Below are positions 56,289 to 64,000 of a DNA stretch of 64,000 nt, piece by piece. The position numbers and the translations under genes were made by a program. Source of the stretch: Amoebophrya sp. A120 (lineage: Eukaryota; Protista; Dinoflagellata). The notes beneath the pieces are model-generated. The model ran no database searches and was not told where the DNA came from. It saw only the letters and a list, made by a program, of their open reading frames with translations. The stretch's first letter is position 1. Each line of letters begins with the position of its first letter. The stretch lies in contig CAJINV010000005.1 of the NCBI GenBank assembly GCA_905178155.1, forward strand, positions 8,686,449 through 8,750,448, read 5' to 3'.

Positions 56289-58340
56289 GATGGTGGTTCA
56301 ATAATGTTGGGCAACAAAGTGCTGCTTTGCGATTCGGGAAGGACCACCAATTAGGGGCACGTGCCCGCTCTTCTACGCAAAAGAGGAAATGCTTTCTTTC
56401 CTGTGTATTGTGCAGGTGCTGATTGATAGCTTCGATTCGAGCGCTACTCTGCACGAATTGTGACTGATGACGCAGATTTCCGACGCAGGTGCTGGGAGTG
56501 CGATTGCAGTTTATGCACAAAGCTATTCGAAGAGAAAGACTTTCACAACGACAACACCTCTATCCGCGGAACGTCTACCATAGGCTCGCCTCCTTCTCAC
56601 ACTCTAGAATCTGCTCACAAAAATAAAGGATGCGCACTTGATTATTCCCGTAGCGCGGCACGCTCACTCACAGGCACAGCAGGGCGCGCTTGCTGCTTCC
56701 ATTACGAACTCGCCTCAGAGAATATTCCACGGCACGGCTCGGCTGCATCGATTCATTTTCCACGGGGTGTGTGGCATACCTCCTGACCCACTGTTGCGGG
56801 GCGCGGGGGCGCAAGCCCTATCCACGCTGCGAACCACAAATGCCATCCTTCCAGCATCGGTCGCGCGCAGCGGGCGGCCGGGCACCACAAGCGCGAAGGA
56901 GCGAGAAAGCAAAGGCCAACACAGAGGCCCAGGTTCTTCGTACGTTCCACAGACAGAACGGCGCCGCCGGCAGAGAGCAAAGAACACTCCGACGCCCATG
57001 CGCCTTACTTACATGCGCTACGCCAGAGGCGGAACATGCAGTGCAGGCAGGGCGACCGAAACAACCGGGCCGCCGAACGATACCAGCCGACGGGGCAGGA
57101 CCCGCGCCCGCCTCCACCCGGGGGCGCGCGGGCGCCAATGGGCTAGGGGCCCAGAGAAGGCGCCGCCCGCCAAGAAGAGCCTGCCGGGCGCCTGGCGTTC
57201 TCCGCCCGCTGGGCGGCTCCACAAGACTGGAGCGGGCTCGCCCTTTCGCGGTGCGTTTCGAAGGTGGAAGCCTCCCCGACTTTTTGCTGTAGAGGCTCCA
57301 TCAGCGCGTCGGCGAGCTGTCGGACCAGCCACATGCCCTGTCCAGCGCAACGCGCCGGCCCCTGCCCCTGCGCGTGGCTGCAAATAACAAGGACGGGCCC
57401 ACGCGCTAACGCTATGGCACGGGAGGCCACCTCTGCCGCCGCTAGCGCGAGCGAAAAGCGGCACGGGCCTCCAGGGCGGCGGGCTTACGGCTCGCAAGGC
57501 CCTCAACGCGCTCTCTGTTACGCCCCAACTTCTACACATGTTCGCACGAGATGAGTTCATCGTGCAGACGCTCGACGCGCTTACCTCCGAAACAATCAGA
57601 AGCGACTCAGAAACGTCAACGCTCCACGCACCTCTTCCTCACCTCTTCCTCTCATCGCATAAACGCTCCACGTACTGCATCTCTCCCTCATCGTGCTTGT
57701 TCGTCTGCAAATAAGAGGAACAACGTGACGAAACGGTAACAGGGTATCGAAATTCCAGAAACATATACGAAGATACCCTCAATCAAAATTGCCGAATCCG
57801 ATGATAGTGGTGGAAACGGCATGGACGGTATGAGCCACTTACTGTTACTGTTTACTTGGATTCTGTTATTTTGCACGGAATATTGACGATCTCTTACCCT
57901 TGCGCCAAGAAGTCTTTCAGCTGTTTGTTTATCTGTAGCTGATTCACTCCTTGCACACACAGAGTACTTCTGTTATCTTTTCTACACTTCTTCCTCGCAT
58001 CAGACGAGGACTTAGCACTGTCCTCAAACTATTTTGCATAGCCTTATTCCGAACGAGCAAGCGCTTGCACTTCTTTTTGGTGAAACAATGCGTGCTGTAT
58101 TTCTAGGATAGGCCGCTGTGAAACTATAAACATAACTTAGAAGACATGATCGGTCGTGCGAAACTACAGCAATTTCATCTTGTATTGATTTGGCATTGCA
58201 AACGTGTTACGACGCAGCTCGAATGTTATGTATATATTGCACATCATGACAGCACATGAGATATTTTAAATTGAAATCAATATGATATCAAGGTTTGGTG
58301 CATACGTAACAACTCTTTCTACCTCCCACACCAAATCTCC

Positions 58341-59627
58341 TCACTTGCAGCTGACCGTGTCCGACAACACCTTGACAAAATGGTCGAAGATGGATTTCCG
58401 TTTCATCTCCAAAAACTTCTGTTTCAAGTCCCCCAGCTCCGCCTTCGTTTCCTCCAACTCCTGTTTCACCAAATCGTAATCCTCCTTGGAATATGAACTG
58501 CAAAAGCTGCATCGCACTCGTAGTAATCGCAGATATGCATTACAAATTTTATTGTAAAGGTAAATCCGCATTACAAATTCCATTCTTCATGCGGAGGAAA
58601 TTTGCCATGCGATTTATACTAAGTACGATACTTTTGCAGAGGATATGGAATACACCGGTCTGCTACTAGCGTAGTTCACGCTCAAATTCTGCTGGTTCAG
58701 GGAGAATATGAATTGCAAAAGTCTCGCACTCGTACTGGTTGCAGTATAGCATGACAAATGCAACTCGAGTATCTGAATCAGCATTACAAATTGCATCTCC
58801 CTTCTGCAAAAATTTGTGATGCTACCTGTACTAGTAAATGCGATTTCCTGTTGCAATGCATACAGAAGTAGCTCGCCCCGCTGGAAGAAGCAGAGCTGGC
58901 TTTGGACTCGGAGTGTATCCTTTGCAAAAACGTCCACACCCCAGATTTACGATGGGAATTTGGCAACACAAATCCCGACGCTTTGGGAGTCACGCAAGAC
59001 AAGTTGCAGTCCTTTGGGTGGTGCAGGGTAGCAAGATGGAGCGCCAGTTTATCCTGTTTCTGTTTACAGCATCACAAGTTCCACGACGCGACTGAGAATG
59101 CCTGTCATGGGGATCATGCACGTCGCAAATGTTCCTGTCTTTGCAAATCCGCATCACAATTCCGGGGAGGAGGTGGACACGTTTTTACACAGGGTAGACC
59201 GGGAGGATTGTTCCAGTATCGTGGTTGATGTGGATTCGGCGCTAGCCGCGGTTGCGTTTTGTAGTCCGGCGAGTACGGTAGTCCAGAAGGATGAAGAAGA
59301 TTCCTGGTCGGCGATGTTCTGGGAGAGTTTTGAGTTTTAATTTTATGTAGCAAGAGTGGCTGCACACAATGTTTAAATATTTGCAAAGGAGTAGCCGTGG
59401 CTCCGAAAATCTTTCATGCATGGCTGGCAGAAGGATATTAACAAAACAGAGCTCCTGCTGCATCCACGAATCCTTATATCGATTAAACTTTGTGCATTTA
59501 CATGTATGTGATCTAGTACAGCAGATTTCCCCGAGCCAGTCTCAGCCTTCGGCGCGATGACCTCCTCAGACGGCAGCATCATGTTTCCGAAGGCCTTCTT
59601 ACTCGGGCTCTCGAGCTGTGCCGGCAT
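58341..59627 (-). CDS. Small coiled-coil protein ending FVKVLSDTVSCK*
   Basis: ATG at 59627; exons separated by elements 58916, 58707 and 58492. Confidence 0.6.
58492..58645. mobile_element. TIR introner family A
   Basis: Family A TIRs, perfect DR tggaa. Confidence 0.9.
58707..58862. mobile_element. TIR introner family A
   Basis: tatgaattgcaaaagtctcgcac...ttgcaatgcata, DR (g/c)agaa. Confidence 0.85.
58916..59196. mobile_element. Degenerate TIR introner (possibly related to 5958-6248)
   Basis: tatcctttgcaaaaacgtccac...gtggacacgtttttacacagggta. Confidence 0.7.
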
Positions 59628-61702
59628 TGTTTTATTTTGCAGAAACAGCTGCTACTGACCGGATTCAGTTCGTCCTCGCACTGTAACTCGATTCTGATGG
59701 ACACAAATAAAAGTCAAAAGAAGCTACTTCGTCAAACAACCGAGCTTGCTGGTCCTACTCCGCAGAAGCGGGAAGCCTGATACGGGCGCTCAGCCACTCA
59801 ATTCTTCGGAATTTTCGAGCGAACAGAAGCGCACAAGCCAGATATTAGGTTTTGGATCAGGGTTCCTGATACAGCATTTTCGTCCCGCGCTTGCTACCAA
59901 AAGGACGCACAAGACGAGTCTTCGAGTGCTCTACTTGCCCAGACATGGTCAGGCCGGAAATCTACTACGCGATACGGAGCGCGCAGAAATGGGGGCCCAA
60001 CTCTTCTAGAACGCGACGTCCCCTGGTGGCTGAAAGAAAACACGCAGTACTGCATGAAAGGCAAGCGCCGGTCGGAGGGTGCTTTGCGTAACGGGTACCC
60101 CCGGGCCCCCGCAGCTTTGGTGACATCGCGTCGCCACAATCGGGTCGGCCTACGTGCCTGCCAACCAACTTGCGGGGGCGGTGCAATTGCCCACGCGATG
60201 CGACCGTGCAGCAGGGGCTGGCCCACTCACTTACAGACATGGGCGGGCCACAAGCCTGCCGGCCGCCTGGGCCGAAAGGCAGGGGCCCCGGCCCACGTAT
60301 AAGTAGCCAGAACCAGGCGGGGGCCGCAGCACATGGGCCAAAGGCCCCGGCCGACTGGGCCGGCCCGGGGCGTTCCGCGGCCTGGCCCGCCACAACCAAC
60401 GAGAAGAGAACAAAAGGAAGCGAGGCCGCGCGCGAACCGGCTGCAGTGCCTCCATCTCGCGAGACTCCTGCACCCCGCACGGCGTTAGCCTGAGGGGCGG
60501 CCGCGATGGGCGCCATAAATTATTGCCACTGCCGTCGACCAGGAGACGGGAGGCAACGCGCCACACACCCACTGCCGCGGGCGGCCCGGCACGACCCGGC
60601 CGGGCTCCTCGGGGGCGCCGCCGAGACGAGGCGGGGCCACCGCCCTCCCTCTGGGGAAGCGCGGCCCACCTGTGCGCGCAGCGCGCGGGCCGGCCCCGGA
60701 GCAGGGTGATCGCTCTCGCCGACACTCGGCCGCACTGCTTGGGTACCTATTCGCGGCACTTTGAAAACGTTTCCTCGCTCACTTCATCAACGCTCCCTCG
60801 GAGATCGCCACAAAAAGAACAAAACACTCCGAAGCGGCACACTTGATGCGCCGGCGCGCGGCTCAGGTCCAACTAACAGGAGAGAATTTCTGCCACCGGG
60901 GCCGACATCAATTCAACAATAAGAATAAGCACTTCATCTCGCCAGTCTCGATGCATATGGCTGTTCAAAATCAAAATGAAAGTCGAAACTGAAATTACAG
61001 GTAAACGTGCACTGCCAAAGATTTTCTCAACTCTTGTCCGAGTGCTTGCTTCAACAAACTCATTCAAAAGAAAAAGCTCTATGATGTGAAAGAAAAAGTT
61101 CTTTTCCTCTGCCAAGGACGACTCGTCCGGCGATAAAGTCAAATTGATAGCTCTAAGGAGGAGGAAAATTTGGAAGAGTCAACTAAATCGACGAGTACTT
61201 TATTCTCTGGAAGATTTTATGCATGCTCAAGCTAGAGTTGGACGAAAATAAAAATGGTTTCAATCGATAGTCTCTTACTCTTTTGCAATTGATAAAGTTT
61301 GCTAGTAGATGGGTGGGTTTAATGAGATAAAAGAAACATTGCGTCTTTCGTCTAACAGTATCACAGGCACTTGTTCAGGACGAGCATGAGGAAACAAGAA
61401 ACAAAAATCGCAGAGAATTCTTCTAGTTCATTTTGGATGTAAGATAGGTAAACTTGTCATAAGTTTTGGTAAAATCTAACTTGCGCTTCAAGATCGAGCA
61501 TCTATTGGCTAGAAGAATGCAATGGTGAACAAAGAAAGAACGAGTCCGTGATCAGTAAGCTCAAGACAACTAAAAAATGGAAACGAATGCTGAACGAATT
61601 TGAAGTTGAACTGAAACATATTCAAGTAAAATAAAACCCTCCTTTTGCTTCTTCCTCTCCCTCCCCACTGATCTCCACCACCACGACGGCTTCATTCCGC
61701 CC

Positions 61703-62337
61703 TTACTTGCACGTGGTCATCTCCCGCATCATCGTCAAAATCTTCACAAACACGTTTTCCGACTTCAATTCCGCGATTTCCTTCTTTAACTGCCAAATCT
61801 CCGCCTCGTTGGATTTCAACATCAGGCATCCCCTGAAAATATTTATACCACTTGTTTCAGCTAATTTTGTCATGCAAGCCATGGAAGGACTTCGGTTTTT
61901 GTCATGCTTATAACAGAAAGTTGTCGGAGTGGTACATAATCTTCAGGGCATATCACCTTCTGATTTTCCACCTCCCCGGACTGTTTTTCCAACTCGCTCT
62001 TCTTCAAATCCAGTTCCGCTTTCAACGCGTGAAACTCCGCCAGCGTCGGGGTTTTCTTGCTGGTGGCAGAAGAAGAATTTTTCGTGAGGGAGAGGTTCTT
62101 GGAAGAGGAGGAGTTGGTCGCTTCTTTGTTCTCATTGTCCTTTTTGGAGCTGAACAACCCGGCCCACCAGCTGGTCGTGGGCTCCGCCTGCTGCTCGACG
62201 ACTTGCTGTTGCTGTTCCGGCATTTTTGGTTTGGTTTGGGGGTGTGTCCGAACGAAGTTCGTGGCGTTTGATGTGGGCGGCCACTCAAGGAGGTTTTGTC
62301 GACTAGATGAAGGACAAGCGGGTACTATTGGAAGCAA
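61703..62337 (-). CDS. Small coiled-coil protein ending FVKILTMMREMTTCK*
   Basis: MPEQQQQ…(ATG 62223; ORF open further upstream)…ENQKV|MLKSNEAEIWQLKKEIAELKSENVFVKIL…. Confidence 0.62.
61827..61952. mobile_element. Short TIR introner
   Basis: catcccctgaaaatatttatacca...tggtacataatcttcagggcata; removal restores the frame. Confidence 0.75.
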
Positions 62338-64000
62338 CTTTGATGTGTGTTTTGCTGGCGCAGCGCTACTTTTAGTTTTACCAATTTATCAGTCAGACGA
62401 GACCGACAACAGGACTGACACCTCTACACGCTCTTGCTCTAGTGGGGACGAAGGTGAAGGATGAGAGCTGTAGCTCTTGTACACCAGAAAAGTACGTCCT
62501 TCGTTTGCGCTCACGAGACAGCTCGCTGTTTTGTTTACTAATATGAATGGCGACGGCGAGCGTCATCAAATACCGTGTTTGCTTTTCGACCTTGCCGATT
62601 CGTCCCCGAAGAAACAAACAAATGGGAATCAGGCAGAGGCGGACGCATAGCTCTCCGACGAATAACTCTCTGAACTTAGTCGGTAACCTTCGACCAACCC
62701 AACTAAATGCCTCGCGATGTGGAGCACGCCCAACATGCGGGGCTGACAGACCCGAAGAGGAAGTTCCGGGCAGGGCGTCGGCCCCAATTTTGTTTTGCCC
62801 TGGCCAGTGGTGCAGCAGAGTAGCCTTGGTTTTGAGTCAGCATGCCGGGCCGCCGGTCCTCCCAGGCTTGTTTCCGTGAATGGGAACTGGCGCCCGGGGG
62901 TGGGCATATGCAGATGGCCCCTGCCGTCAAATATCGGGCGTCGGCGGATCCCTGCTTCCGGGGGCGGCCCGGCGGGCCACACACGGCCCCAACAACTACA
63001 TGCGCGGTCAGCTCATTAAGCTGCCCATGGCAGATGCGCACACCTGCGCAGGCAACGGCCTGCGCCAAAATATTAGCGGCGCCCATGCATCCCAAGCACC
63101 AGCCGGGCGCCACACTGACTGCCCACCCAACCAGGCAGCGCCCGCCGAAGGGGGCGCAAGGCTGGGGGGGCGCCGGCGGAGGGGCCGGCCCGACCCAAGG
63201 CCCGGCCGCGAGCCAAGCCATGCCCGCGCGTGCGAATTGGGCAGCGGGGCTCCAAAGCGCAACGGGCGCGCAAGCGAGGCCGGCCAAGCCCAGGGGGCGC
63301 ACCAAATAAATAAAAAGAGAACCACACGGCCACGCGCCGCCTCCCGCTCCTTGCCGAGTTGGGTTTTCTCAGTGGTCTGCTGCTCGCAGGCGGGCGCACG
63401 CCGCACCCGCAGCGAAATTTGTCTGCGCGATTCTTGTCCTGTGTGGGCGGCACAAACCAACGGCACTGCCGCCGCGCGTGGAGCTCGCTGGCTCGCACGC
63501 GGCTGCGGCCGGCAAGCTTCGACACTGCCACCCAAGACCCCACAGCGGCGCCCCTCCTCCTGGCCGCGCGCCAAGAAATGCCCAGGGCGGGGCGGCCGGC
63601 CGGCTAGACAAATAGAAGCGCAACGCTCTATCGCTATGGTACACAGATGCTGACAGGCACAGGTTTGTGTAAAAATTAAAATGTCAAGTACTCGCATGAA
63701 GAATTCATCTCGGCGTTTGTTTCTTCTCTCAAGCATGGCTCTGTGCAACAGACACGTCAAGATTTTGCACGCTCAATTGCGCTCTGAGCAGACGACGAGA
63801 CACTGAGAACATCGAGCCGGCACAAACCATAACTTTATCTTCTGTATTTTCATCTTGCCGCTCGTGGGCTGTTTACAGACAAAGTAGACGAGGCAGTAAA
63901 ACTGGTGAATGGAAGACTAAGAAGATGGCTTCAACTGCACAAATATTACGATTACTTCATCTCATCAAGATCTGAGACGCACTGCCTCCTCGAATGAAGT

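Noticed and set aside
3238-58862. Recurrent short ORF peptides (YALQKYRTRINALQI, MSGSGR, FQTQT, LPDPDIF) as a protein family
   Set aside because: They are translations of introner TIRs, appear on both strands in all frames, and are not genes.
56638-63760. Overlapping 150-257 aa Arg/Ala/Gly/Pro ORFs in GC islands (also at 182-1358, 4000-5175, 49386-50252 and 52295-53155)
   Set aside because: They are open in several frames because high GC depletes stop codons, and they carry no recognisable motifs.
1-64000. Autonomous transposase, RepHel, reverse transcriptase, tRNA or rRNA genes
   Set aside because: No DDE, HUH/Pif1 or RT motifs and no structured-RNA signatures were recognised in this window.

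Overview
This is eukaryotic DNA, most likely from an Amoebophrya-type parasitic dinoflagellate (Syndiniales). That assignment is inferred from the non-canonical inverted-repeat introns, the unidirectional genes and a DinoSL-like motif; no search was run. About ten protein-coding genes lie on the minus strand: a SOL/calpain-15-like protease with an intact C/H/N triad, ZMYND12, a WWE plus ubiquitin-like protein, three coiled-coil proteins and several low-complexity hypothetical proteins. They are interrupted by about 64 MITE-like 'introner' elements from at least 8 families. Nearly all start TAT and end ATA, have terminal inverted repeats and a 5-bp flanking direct repeat (DR), and share a GCATNACAAA motif. 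They occur in either orientation, and removing an element plus one DR restores the reading frame wherever I checked. Three introners carry a nested 0.8-1.4 kb GC-rich Helitron-like element (A|T insertion site, no TSD, 5' TTA(C/A)TAT, 3' hairpin plus CT(T/G)G). Other notable structure: two inserts delimited by three copies of a ~49-bp coding direct repeat, GC-rich islands upstream of genes, and an N gap at 1603-2454. All gene models are manual and approximate.
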